A stretch of DNA of 64,000 nucleotides from a virus (Duplodnaviria; Caudoviricetes): IMG/VR virus record IMGVR_UViG_3300030104_006170; one strand, given 5' to 3'. Of the stretch, positions 18,480 through 28,913 are shown one piece after another; position 1 is the stretch's first letter; each line of letters starts with the position of its first letter. The translations under genes and the position numbers were made by a program. The notes below the pieces were generated by a model. The model was given only the letters and a program-made list of their open reading frames with translations, was not told where the DNA came from and ran no database searches.

Positions 18480-19162
18480 TTATAGGTAATGGACTTATCG
18501 CTAAATCATTTTTAAAAAAACACGATAAAGATGATATTGTTATTTTTGCGTCAGGAGTATCAAACTCAAAAGAAGATAATCCAAAAAATTTTAAAAGAGA
18601 AAAAGACTTATTACTAAAAACCCTAGAAACCCACCAAGAAATAAAATTTATATATTTTAGTACTGTCCTTATTGGTTATAAACATAATCCATACTATTCA
18701 CATAAAAAAGAAATGGAGAATTTAATAAGATTACACGCTAAAGATTATATCATATTTAGAGTTCCACAATTAATAGGTAGTTGTGGAAATAATAATAATC
18801 TTATAAACTATCTAGTGGGTAAGATAAAGTCAGGTGAGTCTTTTAAAGTTTATGGTAACCTTAAAAGAGCTGTGGTAGATATAGAAGATTTAGTTAATTT
18901 TGTTATGTATTGTGAAAACAAAATTAGTTGTAAAACTGTTTATGTGGGGGGTATAGAACCTATTTCTGTTGTTGACTTATCAAAAATAATTCAATATTTT
19001 TTTAATGTTAATGATGGTAATTTAAAGATGGAAATTAAAGATACTAATGAAGATAATAGATGGACTTCATTGACAAGTCCCATTTTTAAAGATTATTTAT
19101 CTGATTTTAGTATTGAGTCTAGGGGTTACACACAAAAAATAATAGAAAAATATATAAAATAA
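18476..19162 (+). CDS. NAD-dependent epimerase/dehydratase (SDR)
   Basis: IIGNGLIA, FASGVSNS, YFST, YYSHK (YxxxK). Confidence 0.85.
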   Translation: MIIGNGLIAKSFLKKHDKDDIVIFASGVSNSKEDNPKNFKREKDLLLKTLETHQEIKFIYFSTVLIGYKHNPYYSHKKEMENLIRLHAKDYIIFRVPQLIGSCGNNNNLINYLVGKIKSGESFKVYGNLKRAVVDIEDLVNFVMYCENKISCKTVYVGGIEPISVVDLSKIIQYFFNVNDGNLKMEIKDTNEDNRWTSLTSPIFKDYLSDFSIESRGYTQKIIEKYIK

Positions 19163-19168
19163 TAAATT

Positions 19169-19891
19169 ATGATAGTACTAACTGGTTTTTATAACGCTGA
19201 ACAATATATAGAGCGTTGTCTTGCTACTATTCAGTCTCAAGACTATAAAGATTTTACATGTTATATAACACATGACCATTCTACAGATAATTCAGTAAAT
19301 TTAGTAAAAGAATTTATTAAAGATGACAAAAGATTTGTTCTAGTTGAGGAGAGTGATAAAAAATTATATCAAGCTGGAAACTTTGATACTGTTATTCGTA
19401 ATAACCCTAATATAAAAGACAGTGATGTCCTAGTAGAGGTAGATGGTGATGACTATCTTCCTGATAGAGGGGTTTTGAGTAGAATTAATAAACTTTACGA
19501 GGATGAAAATGTCTGGATTGCTAACGGTAGTTTTAGATATTCTAGTGGACAACCAGGATTTTCCCAAAAACAAACAGGTTTTGATAACTTGAGACAGGTT
19601 AGGTTTACAGCTTCTCATATTAGAACTTGGCGTGCATTTTTATGGAGAAATATAAAAGAAGAAGACTTACGTGATGAAAATGGTGATTACTGGCAGTGGA
19701 GTGGTGATTTGTGTTTTATGTACCCAATGTTAGAAATGTCAGGAGAAGAACATTATAGATTTATGAATGAGGTAAATTACGTATATAACGAAACCAACCC
19801 AATAAATGAACACAAAATAGATATGACGATGGTTAATAACCACGCATCAAGAATAAGAAGTAAAAAACCATATAAAAAATTAAAAATATGA
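19169..19891 (+). CDS. Glycosyltransferase family 2
   Basis: YNAEQYIERCLATI, DHSTDNS, VDGDD. Confidence 0.88.
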   Translation: MIVLTGFYNAEQYIERCLATIQSQDYKDFTCYITHDHSTDNSVNLVKEFIKDDKRFVLVEESDKKLYQAGNFDTVIRNNPNIKDSDVLVEVDGDDYLPDRGVLSRINKLYEDENVWIANGSFRYSSGQPGFSQKQTGFDNLRQVRFTASHIRTWRAFLWRNIKEEDLRDENGDYWQWSGDLCFMYPMLEMSGEEHYRFMNEVNYVYNETNPINEHKIDMTMVNNHASRIRSKKPYKKLKI

Positions 19892-21189
19892 AAAAAATAG
19901 ATAGTATATTACCAACACTGTTAAATTATTTACAGGAAAATAAACCAAAATACTTATACAACCAATCCTTTGTGCCTGGTGAAAGTCAAGTACTATATTC
20001 AGGACCTTACTGGGATGAGGAAGAAATTATGGCAGCCATTAAAACTTTTATAGAAGGTAAGTGGGTAGTTGCTGGAGAAAATGTAAATAAATTTGAACGT
20101 GCTTTTGGTAGAGTTTTTGGTGCAAAATTTGTACAAATGGTAAATTCTGGTAGTTCAGCTAATTTAGTTCTAATATCGGCTCTAAAAAAATATTTTGGTT
20201 GGGAGGATGGTGACGAAGTCATAGTTTCTCCCGTTGGATTCCCAACAACTATATCTGTTTTGGTGCAGAATGGTTTAAAACCAGTTTTTATAGATATAGA
20301 GTATGAAACACTTAACTTTGACATTACAAAAATAGAAGAAAAGATAACCCCTAAAACTAAAGCTATTTTTGTTTCTCCTGTCCTGGGTAATGTTCCTGAC
20401 ATGGACTTTTTAACTGAATTATGTAAAAAACACGACATAAGATTAATTGGTGATAGTTGTGATAGTATTGGGTCTAAATGGGATGGTAAACACTTAAGTG
20501 AATATTACGAAGCGTGGACATCTTCTTTTTATCCTGCACACCACATATCAACAGGAGAAGGTGGAGCTGTATGTACTAACATAGCACCATTAAAAAGATT
20601 ATTTACTAGTTTTGCTTGGTGGGGTAGAGATTGTTATTGTGTTGGTTCTGCTAATTTATTATCGTGTGGTACTTGTGGTAAAAGATTCGATAAATGGTTA
20701 GATTCTTATGACGGAATAATTGACCACAAATATGTTTTTACTAATATGGGTTATAACCTAAAACCTATGGATTTACAAGGTTCTATTGGACTTATTCAGT
20801 TAAAGAAATTTGAGGAGATTGACAACAATAGAAAAAGAAGTAAAAATACCATAGAATCTATATTTTTAAAATATGTTGATGGGATTAAGGGTGTATCTAT
20901 GTTACCTAAAGCTGACACTTGTTGGTTTGGTACTCCTTTTATTTGTGATAATAAACAATTAAAAGATAAACTAGTTGCTTTTCTAGAAGAGAATAAAATA
21001 CAAACTAGAAATTACTTTGCTGGAAACATACTAATGCACCCAGGTTATAAACATTTAGATGATTTAAATAAGTACCCAAACGCTAATACAGTTTTAGACA
21101 AAGTATTTTTTGTGGGGGCAGCACCACATTACACAGAAGAAGTTTTTGATTATATAGAAAGTATATTTGTTAATAAATGGGAAAATTAA
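19888..21189 (+). CDS. rfbH: NDP-4-keto-6-deoxyhexose 3-dehydratase (RfbH/DdhC E1-type, DegT family)
   Basis: NSGSSANL, GFPTT, DSCDSIG, SFYPAHH (His in place of the PLP Lys), WGRDCYC...CGKRF Cys cluster, YDHKY-like, TRNYFAGN. Confidence 0.88.
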   Translation: MKKIDSILPTLLNYLQENKPKYLYNQSFVPGESQVLYSGPYWDEEEIMAAIKTFIEGKWVVAGENVNKFERAFGRVFGAKFVQMVNSGSSANLVLISALKKYFGWEDGDEVIVSPVGFPTTISVLVQNGLKPVFIDIEYETLNFDITKIEEKITPKTKAIFVSPVLGNVPDMDFLTELCKKHDIRLIGDSCDSIGSKWDGKHLSEYYEAWTSSFYPAHHISTGEGGAVCTNIAPLKRLFTSFAWWGRDCYCVGSANLLSCGTCGKRFDKWLDSYDGIIDHKYVFTNMGYNLKPMDLQGSIGLIQLKKFEEIDNNRKRSKNTIESIFLKYVDGIKGVSMLPKADTCWFGTPFICDNKQLKDKLVAFLEENKIQTRNYFAGNILMHPGYKHLDDLNKYPNANTVLDKVFFVGAAPHYTEEVFDYIESIFVNKWEN

Positions 21190-22583
21190 AAGTTTTAGTA
21201 TTAGGTGATGGTTTACTAGGTTCGGAAATTGTTAAACAAACCGAATGGGACTATATTTCTAGAAAGAAAGATGGTTTTGATATTACTGATATGGAAACTT
21301 ATCATTTACTAACAAATGTAGAATTTGGTGCTATACAACATTGTAAATATGATATTATTCTTAATTGTATTGCAAATACAGACACTTACAGTACTGATAA
21401 AGATTTACACTGGAAAGTTAATTACGAAGGTTTATCTAATCTAATTAAATTTTGTAATGACTGGAAAGTAAAATTAGTTCACATATCCACAGACTATGTT
21501 TATTCTGGTTCTGATACAGAGGCTACAGAAAATACCGTACCTGTTCACTGTAACAACTGGTATGGTTACACTAAGTTGTTAGGTGATGGTTTGGTTCAAC
21601 TAAACTCAAATAATTACCTTTTATGTAGGTGTACTCACAAACCTAAACCATTTCCTTATGATGGTGCTTGGATTGACCAGGTTGGTAATTTTGACTATGT
21701 CTCTAACATCTCAAAACTTATCATAGATATGATAACCAATAATTTAAGTGGTTTATATAATGTGGGTACTGAAACTAAAACAATATATGAACTGGCTTCC
21801 GAAACAAGAAAAGTTAAAAAAATATATGCACCACAACAAGTACCTAAAAATCTTTCTATGAATTTAGATAAATTACATAAAGGTTTAAATAAACCATTTT
21901 TTTCCATAGCTATACCAACTTATGGATACAATGGAAGAGGGGTTGAGTTTTTAGATTTTAGTTTAGAAATTATAAGTAAACAAACTTTTAAAGACTTTGA
22001 AGTTGTGTTATCAGACCATAGTGAAGATGATACTATAAAAGAGGTTTACGATAAGTGGGCTGACAAGTTAAATATCAAATATTTTAGGAATTCTAAAGGT
22101 AGGGGTATCATATCTCCTAATATAAATAACGCTATGAAGTTATGTAACGGTAAATGGATTAAAGTTTTATTCCAAGACGATTTCCTATATAACGAAAACT
22201 CTTTAGAACTACAACACGAATTACTAAACGCTCAACCAAACATAAGTTGGGTTATGACTAAATTCTATCATAGTAATGACGGTAAGTCGTTTTATAGACT
22301 ATACAACCCAAGATGGAATAATATGATATGGACTGGAAATAATACCATGGGATGTCCTACTGGTATGACCATTAAAAATAAAAATCTAATATTTTTTGAC
22401 GAAGGTTTAAATTGGTTGATGGACGTAGATTATTACAAACGTATGTTTGATTTACATGGTGAACCAACTATATTAGATGAAATAACAGTAGTTAATAGGA
22501 CTTGGGGTAATAGACTTACTGATACCATACCTCAGTCTTTAAAAGATAAAGAATTTGAAATGTTAAAACTTAAATATGCTTAA
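21177..22583 (+). CDS. Fusion of an RmlD-like sugar reductase and a GT2 glycosyltransferase
   Basis: N-terminal VLVLGDGLLG, HISTDYVY, YGYTK; C-terminal FSIAIPTY, SDHSEDD, LFQDDF. Confidence 0.85.
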   Translation: MGKLKVLVLGDGLLGSEIVKQTEWDYISRKKDGFDITDMETYHLLTNVEFGAIQHCKYDIILNCIANTDTYSTDKDLHWKVNYEGLSNLIKFCNDWKVKLVHISTDYVYSGSDTEATENTVPVHCNNWYGYTKLLGDGLVQLNSNNYLLCRCTHKPKPFPYDGAWIDQVGNFDYVSNISKLIIDMITNNLSGLYNVGTETKTIYELASETRKVKKIYAPQQVPKNLSMNLDKLHKGLNKPFFSIAIPTYGYNGRGVEFLDFSLEIISKQTFKDFEVVLSDHSEDDTIKEVYDKWADKLNIKYFRNSKGRGIISPNINNAMKLCNGKWIKVLFQDDFLYNENSLELQHELLNAQPNISWVMTKFYHSNDGKSFYRLYNPRWNNMIWTGNNTMGCPTGMTIKNKNLIFFDEGLNWLMDVDYYKRMFDLHGEPTILDEITVVNRTWGNRLTDTIPQSLKDKEFEMLKLKYA

Positions 22584-23241
22584 TTTAAAAAATGTAACAC
22601 TTATAGCCCTAAGTTCAATAAAACTAGAAAAAACCATTAAAGCTTTAGAGTATAGTTGTCGTGGAATTAGTTTTGGTGAGGTTAAATTAGTTTCTGACAC
22701 AAGACCTGATAATTTACCTGATTTTATCACTCATGAATTTTGTCCTAAAATGTCCAATATAGATGAATGGAATTACGCTGCGATATATGAGTTACCTAAA
22801 CATGTGTCTACGGAATTTGCTATGTTAATACATGATGATGGATTTGTTGTTAACCCAGAATCTTGGCGTGATGAGTTTTTTGAGTATGATTATATAGGTG
22901 CTCCTTACCCACTACCACAAGATAATTTTTCGTATAGAGACATAAATGGTAATCTGATAAGAGTTGGTAATAGTGTTTCTTTAAGAAGTAAAAAATTACT
23001 AGACTTACCTATAGAATTAGATTTGGAATGGAAAGCTTTTCATGGATATTATAATGAAGACGGTTATATTTGTGTAAACTATCGACATAAGTATCTTGAA
23101 CATGGTATGAAATTTGCTGATATAGACGTTGCCAAATATTTTTCACACGAAAATATGATGCCTGAGATTCAAGGAATAAAACCTTTTGCTTTCCATAGAC
23201 ACTATGGAACAAACTCTATTTACCCAAACTATGGAAAATAA
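22576..23241 (+). CDS. DUF5672-like protein (putative GT-A fold)
   Basis: LIHDDGFV, YDYIGAP, VGNSVSLRSKKL, EDGYIC, PFAFH. Confidence 0.75.
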   Translation: MLNLKNVTLIALSSIKLEKTIKALEYSCRGISFGEVKLVSDTRPDNLPDFITHEFCPKMSNIDEWNYAAIYELPKHVSTEFAMLIHDDGFVVNPESWRDEFFEYDYIGAPYPLPQDNFSYRDINGNLIRVGNSVSLRSKKLLDLPIELDLEWKAFHGYYNEDGYICVNYRHKYLEHGMKFADIDVAKYFSHENMMPEIQGIKPFAFHRHYGTNSIYPNYGK

Positions 23242-23965
23242 AAAAATACATACTAATTTTGTAGTCGCTAGTGATTACAATTGGTTACCTGAAAATCTAG
23301 AGGATTCCTGGGTACACCAATACACAGATAACTATTTAATCTATGATAAATTTCATAGATTTGAAGAATCCGATAAAGTTAAACATCAACTAAATGTGGG
23401 TCAAAATATTTATGATATGTTTGATTTCATTGTTAGAAATTATGATAACTTACCTGAATGTACTTTATTTTGTAGAGCATGTTTATTATGGCCAAAAGAT
23501 ACTGGTACACCTAGATTAGACGATAATGGGAATAGGTTGTCTAATGGTAATTGTGGGTTAGATAAATTCCATGAGTTGATGAATAACAATACATTTACAG
23601 AATTGCATGATTTTGGTCCTGAAGCACACAAAGGTCCTGGAAGTAAGATGGCTGAAGATGGTGGGTTTTTAGAAATTAATAACAGTTGGTATTTCCACCA
23701 TGTACCATCTAGACACTTTAACAATACCAATGCTTTTCTACAGGACGTATTTGTAAATCCAGAATTACCAGAATATATAAGATTTTCACCTGGTGGAAAC
23801 TATATAATACCTAAACACACTATATTAAAGTATAGTAAAAACTTTTATGAACAAATAAGAAAAATACTTAACTGGGATGTTGTTGTTGGTGAAGCACATC
23901 TTATTGAGCGTTGTATATATACTTTTTTTACTTGTGACTATGAGGTAAACGAAAAATATAAATAA
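23231..23965 (+). CDS. DUF3431-like protein
   Basis: YLIYDK...NVGQNI...FIVRNYDNLP...EAHLIER; the ATG at 23231 is a more likely start than 23186. Confidence 0.65.
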   Translation: MENKKIHTNFVVASDYNWLPENLEDSWVHQYTDNYLIYDKFHRFEESDKVKHQLNVGQNIYDMFDFIVRNYDNLPECTLFCRACLLWPKDTGTPRLDDNGNRLSNGNCGLDKFHELMNNNTFTELHDFGPEAHKGPGSKMAEDGGFLEINNSWYFHHVPSRHFNNTNAFLQDVFVNPELPEYIRFSPGGNYIIPKHTILKYSKNFYEQIRKILNWDVVVGEAHLIERCIYTFFTCDYEVNEKYK

Positions 23966-24876
23966 TGTCAACAATCAGAGCTTTCATGTTTCACGATGTT
24001 AGGGATTTATCACAAACTGAGTACCCTAGCAGATATAATCTAAGGTCTTTTATAGATAAAAAGGAATTTAACCACCAACTAAACTTTATAAATAAAAATT
24101 ATAAAATAATAAGTAGTTTGGAGGTGCCTAATTTAAATTTAGATGATGGTAATATAAATTATGCTGTTTTAACTTTTGATGATGGGTTGGTCGACCATTT
24201 TTATGTTCACCAACAATTAAAAAAACTGAATATTAGTGGTACTTTTCTAATACCTACGGCTCCTGTTGTTGAACAAAAAATGATTCACAGTCACACAATA
24301 CAATTTATTTTAGCTGCGAGAGATGAAAAATTATTAACCAAAGAAATTTTATTAAACTTTGAGAACTCTTCTGACTTATGGATTAAGTATTCCCACACCA
24401 ACTGGGTAGACAATTGGTGGACTAAAGAGATGATATTTGTTACTAACTTTTTAAGACGGTACAAATCTCCGACTTTTAATAATTACCAGTATACGGAACA
24501 TCTTTTCCAAAAATACGTTTCTAAAGATATCCATTCTTTCGCTTCTAACTTTTATCTTAACCCAAACCAAATAGAAGAAATGAGTTACAATAATATGGTT
24601 ATAGGTGGACATGGTAATTCCTCAGACAATCTTTTACTGGTAGAAGATATCGAGGCTGATATAAATAGGTCACATTGGTTTGTTGAGCATTTTTCCGATG
24701 ATTTTGTTTTTTCTTACCCTAATGGTGGTTTTAATCAAGAAATAAAAAATACTTTAAAAAAGTATAAATGTAAGTTATCTTATACCGTAGTACCCCAAAC
24801 CCTAACTTCATTAGATAATATAGACGTTTTAGAGTTTCCTCGTTACGATTCTCCACAAAGAATACCATTAAAATGA
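23965..24876 (+). CDS. Polysaccharide deacetylase (NodB-like)
   Basis: FMFHDV, LTFDDG, IGGHG, FSYPNG. Confidence 0.85.
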   Translation: MSTIRAFMFHDVRDLSQTEYPSRYNLRSFIDKKEFNHQLNFINKNYKIISSLEVPNLNLDDGNINYAVLTFDDGLVDHFYVHQQLKKLNISGTFLIPTAPVVEQKMIHSHTIQFILAARDEKLLTKEILLNFENSSDLWIKYSHTNWVDNWWTKEMIFVTNFLRRYKSPTFNNYQYTEHLFQKYVSKDIHSFASNFYLNPNQIEEMSYNNMVIGGHGNSSDNLLLVEDIEADINRSHWFVEHFSDDFVFSYPNGGFNQEIKNTLKKYKCKLSYTVVPQTLTSLDNIDVLEFPRYDSPQRIPLK

Positions 24877-25511
24877 AAATAGTTTATTATGGATATCGTG
24901 AATGGTCTTTTAAAATATTTAATAAACTTAAAGTAACAGACAAATATTTAGTCACACATAAAGATTATAGTATTATAGACACAATTAAACCAGACTTGGT
25001 TTTTTTTGTTGGGTGGAGCGATATTATACCCCAAGAAATAATAGAAAATAATTTATGTGTTTGTTTACACCCATCACCCCTACCCAAATATAGAGGGGGT
25101 AGTCCTATACAAAACCAATTATTAAAAAATGAAAAAAATAGTATGGTTAGTTTATTTGTTATGGATAAGGGTATTGACACTGGGGACATCCTATTTCAAT
25201 CACCCATTAGTCTACTTGGTGAGTTAGATGATATTTTTAATGAAATAGTAAGAGAAGGAATCAAAGGTATTGACTTTATAGTGGACAATTTCCAAGAAAT
25301 TCCTACTTTTAGAAAAAAGCAAGATTTAGATTCTGGTACTTTTTTTAATAGATTGAAACCGACTGATAGTGAGTTAAAGGTTGAGGATTTTATTGAGTAC
25401 GGTCCAGAGTATTTTCATAACAAAATTAGAGGGTTATCTTCACCTTACCCTAACGCTTATATAAAGTGTAAAAATGGTGAAAAACTATACATATTAAAAA
25501 CAAGATATTAA
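24873..25511 (+). CDS. Formyltransferase (Fmt-like, probable sugar N-formyltransferase)
   Basis: HPSPLPKYRGGSP, IDTGDI, IRGLSSPYPNA. Confidence 0.85.
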   Translation: MKIVYYGYREWSFKIFNKLKVTDKYLVTHKDYSIIDTIKPDLVFFVGWSDIIPQEIIENNLCVCLHPSPLPKYRGGSPIQNQLLKNEKNSMVSLFVMDKGIDTGDILFQSPISLLGELDDIFNEIVREGIKGIDFIVDNFQEIPTFRKKQDLDSGTFFNRLKPTDSELKVEDFIEYGPEYFHNKIRGLSSPYPNAYIKCKNGEKLYILKTRY

Positions 25512-26437
25512 TGAGAAATGAAAAAATATTCATAACAGGTGGAGCGGGGTTTTTAGGTAGGAATCTCGTTAAAAGATTATATAAAGATAATGAAATAACA
25601 GTATATTCTAGAGACGAAGCTAAACATTATTACATGAAAAAAGATTATCCTTCTGTTAAGTTTGTTGTTGGGGATATAAGAAATAGAGATTTATTAATTA
25701 GAAAATCTAAAGGTCATACTGTTGGTATTTTTGCTGCGTCTTTAAAACAAATTGAGGCGTGTAATGACAATTACGAAGAGGCCGCTAAAACAATTGTAGA
25801 CGGAGCCTTTAACTCAAGACTAGCAGCTGAACAAAATAATTTTAAGTCTGCTTGTTTTATTTCCACAGATAAGAGTAGAGCTGCCACAACATTATATGGT
25901 GCAATGAAATATGTCGCTGGTGAAGGTTTTGTGGTGGGTGAGTCTAATTGTAAGTTAACTACAGCTATATATGGAAATGTTACAAACTCTACTGGTTCTA
26001 TAATACCATTAATTTGGAATTTCATTAATAAAAATGCAATATTGTCATTATACGGCACTGAAATGACCAGATTTTTACTAGATGTAGATGATGCTGTAGA
26101 TTTAATTATGAAGTCACCATCTTACGCTGGGTGTAATTTAATTCCTATAGCAAAATCATTTAAGGTTAAAGACTTATTTGATATTTATTCGGAAGAATTT
26201 GGTTTACAATATAAAGTTACAGAACCTCGTACTGGTGAAAAAATACATGAAATAATGGCATCCAATGAAGAGGTTAGGAGAATGGAATTAATAAAAAATG
26301 ATGGAATCTATTTATTACACCCACAAAAAGACATACACCAAATATCGTTTAAACATGGAGAATATTCCTCCAGAGACCACTGTCTTACTAAAAATGAATT
26401 ATATAATTATTTAAAATCTAAAAATTTTTACAAATAA
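25511..26437 (+). CDS. UDP-GlcNAc 4,6-dehydratase-like enzyme (PseB/FnlA/CapD family)
   Basis: TGGAGFLG, YSRDEAK, STDK, YGAMK, YGNVTNSTGS, MTRF, GEKIHE. Confidence 0.88.
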   Translation: MRNEKIFITGGAGFLGRNLVKRLYKDNEITVYSRDEAKHYYMKKDYPSVKFVVGDIRNRDLLIRKSKGHTVGIFAASLKQIEACNDNYEEAAKTIVDGAFNSRLAAEQNNFKSACFISTDKSRAATTLYGAMKYVAGEGFVVGESNCKLTTAIYGNVTNSTGSIIPLIWNFINKNAILSLYGTEMTRFLLDVDDAVDLIMKSPSYAGCNLIPIAKSFKVKDLFDIYSEEFGLQYKVTEPRTGEKIHEIMASNEEVRRMELIKNDGIYLLHPQKDIHQISFKHGEYSSRDHCLTKNELYNYLKSKNFYK

Positions 26438-27147
26438 TGAAAGTTTTAGTTTTAGGTCATAAAGGTATGTTGGGTCATATGGTATCAAAATACCTACGTG
26501 ATAATAAGGTAGAGGTTGTCACTAGTGATGTGAGATGGCCAGAATCCCCTTTTAAACGAGATATTAAATTAGATTATGTTATTAACTGCATTGGTGCTAT
26601 ACCCCAAAGAACCAAAACTTTTGATATAAATTGGCACCTTCCGATATGGTTAGACTTTAATTCTCCTTGTAGAGTTATTCATCCTGGTACTGATTGTGAA
26701 ATGGATGACGATGATTATGGTAAATCTAAAAAAACCGCTGCCGACTTTCTAAACTCAATTGGGACCCAAACTAAAATACTAAAGACTTCTATTATTGGTC
26801 CAGAACTAAACAGTAACTCTAGTTTATTGGAGTGGTTTTTATCACAAAATGAAGATGTTTTTGGTTATACTAAAGCTATGTGGAATGGGAATACCACACT
26901 AGAGTGGGCAAAACAATGTCTTGCCCTTATGACTGTTTGGGACGATTATCCAACGGAAACAATATTAGAAGGTCAATGTGTGAGTAAGTATGTATTGTTG
27001 GAGACTATTAATGGTGTTTTTGGGAAAGGGTTAACTATAAATCCTAAGGAGGATGGTAAGGATAAATGTCTTACAGGTAGAATTAAAACTGACAATATCA
27101 AAGAACAATTAGAAGAACTAAAAAAATATTATTATGATAACAACTAA
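26437..27147 (+). CDS. RmlD-like NDP-sugar reductase (SDR)
   Basis: VLVLGHKGMLG, INCIG, TDC, YGKSK, TSIIGPE, WNGNTTLE. Confidence 0.8.
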   Translation: MKVLVLGHKGMLGHMVSKYLRDNKVEVVTSDVRWPESPFKRDIKLDYVINCIGAIPQRTKTFDINWHLPIWLDFNSPCRVIHPGTDCEMDDDDYGKSKKTAADFLNSIGTQTKILKTSIIGPELNSNSSLLEWFLSQNEDVFGYTKAMWNGNTTLEWAKQCLALMTVWDDYPTETILEGQCVSKYVLLETINGVFGKGLTINPKEDGKDKCLTGRIKTDNIKEQLEELKKYYYDNN

Positions 27148-28045
27148 TTTAACGGGTAATTTAGGAAATCACATGTGGCAATATGCTGTTTGTAGAACTA
27201 TAGCAGAAGAACTAGGGTATGAATGGGGTATTAACCCAACGCCTAGTCACGATTATTTTAACGGTGCAAATCAAATGGATTTTATGGATGTAGATTTTGG
27301 TATGGTGGTAAGTGGTATTGTTAACGAATATCATGAGCCTTGGAAAACCTACCACCATGTAGACGCTGTAAACATAACAATGTTAAACTCTAGTTTATAT
27401 GAAATAGATGATAATACCATTTTAATAGGAGATAATGGAGCGAAAGGTGGTATATATCAATCTGAAGAATATATTAAAGATAGGAAGGATGATATTTTAA
27501 AGTGGTTTAAGATAAAAGACAATAAAAAGAAAGAATACAATACTAAATTAAATGAACTAGGAGTTACCTTAGATGAAAATACTTGTATTATTAATTTTAG
27601 AGGTGGTGAATATAGAGGTATACCTAATGTTTTATTACGTAGAGAGTATTGGCGAGATTGTGTGAATTACATGTTAACTTTAAATCCAAATATGAATTTT
27701 GTGGTAGTTACTGATGACCCACCAACAGCCTCACAATTTATGCCTTTTCAAATGAAATGTATTCACATAGACGTAGGTTTTGATTATTATTGTGTTAACC
27801 AAGCTAAATGGTTAATCATATCCAACTCAACGTTTGGGTGGTGGGCTGCATGGTTAAATGAAACTTGTAACAAAATTATAGCTCCCAAATATTGGGCAAG
27901 ACATAATGTTAGTGATGGTTATTGGGCAACAGGTGACGCTTACACCTCATGTTTTAATTATATGGATAGAGAAGGTTCTGTATCTGATTTTGAAACTTGT
28001 AAATCTGAAGCATTAAATTATTATAAATTAAAAAATATTATTTAA
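27134..28045 (+). CDS. Alpha-1,2-fucosyltransferase (GT11)
   Basis: GNLGNHMWQYA, YQSEEY, NFRGGEY, IISNSTFGWWAAWL. Confidence 0.88.
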   Translation: MITTNLTGNLGNHMWQYAVCRTIAEELGYEWGINPTPSHDYFNGANQMDFMDVDFGMVVSGIVNEYHEPWKTYHHVDAVNITMLNSSLYEIDDNTILIGDNGAKGGIYQSEEYIKDRKDDILKWFKIKDNKKKEYNTKLNELGVTLDENTCIINFRGGEYRGIPNVLLRREYWRDCVNYMLTLNPNMNFVVVTDDPPTASQFMPFQMKCIHIDVGFDYYCVNQAKWLIISNSTFGWWAAWLNETCNKIIAPKYWARHNVSDGYWATGDAYTSCFNYMDREGSVSDFETCKSEALNYYKLKNII

Positions 28046-28909
28046 ATGGGAAAAATATATGATTGTTTTAATTTCTTTAATGAGTTAGACATTTTAGAAC
28101 TAAGATTAAATATTCTCTACGAACATGTAGATTATTTTGTAATTGTAGAATCTACAGTTACTCACTCTGGCCAACCTAAACCTTTTTACCTAGAAGAAAA
28201 TAAGGAACGTTTTTCTAAGTTTTGGGACAAGATTATTAGTTTTAAAGTATCTGACACACCTGAAGATTTTGTTAACCTTACTAACACAGGATTTTTCGAC
28301 GCTGAATTAGATAAGGTACACTACTATATCCGTACACAAACTAATAGGTTTGATAGGCGTACACAAGTAGATTATGGTAGAGATTTTTTTCAAAAAGAAT
28401 CGGTTAGAAGAGCTCTAGTAAATTGTAATGAAGATGATATAATTATTATATCAGATGCTGACGAAATACCAAACCCAGAAATACTTAAAGATTTAAAGTC
28501 TCTTTCTTTAGATAATACAATATATTCCCTCTCCCAACCAATGTATTCTTATTACTTAAATATGTTAAGTGATTCGGACTGGCACGGTTCAAAAATGGGT
28601 CTATATAAAAACGTAAAAGAATTATCTTTTAACGAAATTAGGGGTGATTCAAACCTAACAACTAAATTGACTAATGGTGGATGGCATTTTAGTTTTATGG
28701 GTGGTGAAGAAATGGTGAAAACAAAAATAACATCTTATTCGGCTAGGGATTTAGTCAATGACCAAGTCCTATCAAGTATTAAGAGTAATATAGAAAATGA
28801 CCAAGATGTTTTTTTTAGAGGTAAATTAACAAAAGTAAAATTAGACGAAAGTTTTCCAGAATACGTATTAAATAATATACCATATTATAGTAAAATGATT
28901 AAAGAGTAA
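28046..28909 (+). CDS. GT17-like beta-1,4-N-acetylglucosaminyltransferase
   Basis: YDCFNFFNELDILELRL, VDYFVIVES, THSG, ISDADEIP, GGWHFSF. Confidence 0.85.
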   Translation: MGKIYDCFNFFNELDILELRLNILYEHVDYFVIVESTVTHSGQPKPFYLEENKERFSKFWDKIISFKVSDTPEDFVNLTNTGFFDAELDKVHYYIRTQTNRFDRRTQVDYGRDFFQKESVRRALVNCNEDDIIIISDADEIPNPEILKDLKSLSLDNTIYSLSQPMYSYYLNMLSDSDWHGSKMGLYKNVKELSFNEIRGDSNLTTKLTNGGWHFSFMGGEEMVKTKITSYSARDLVNDQVLSSIKSNIENDQDVFFRGKLTKVKLDESFPEYVLNNIPYYSKMIKE

Positions 28910-28913
28910 CTCT

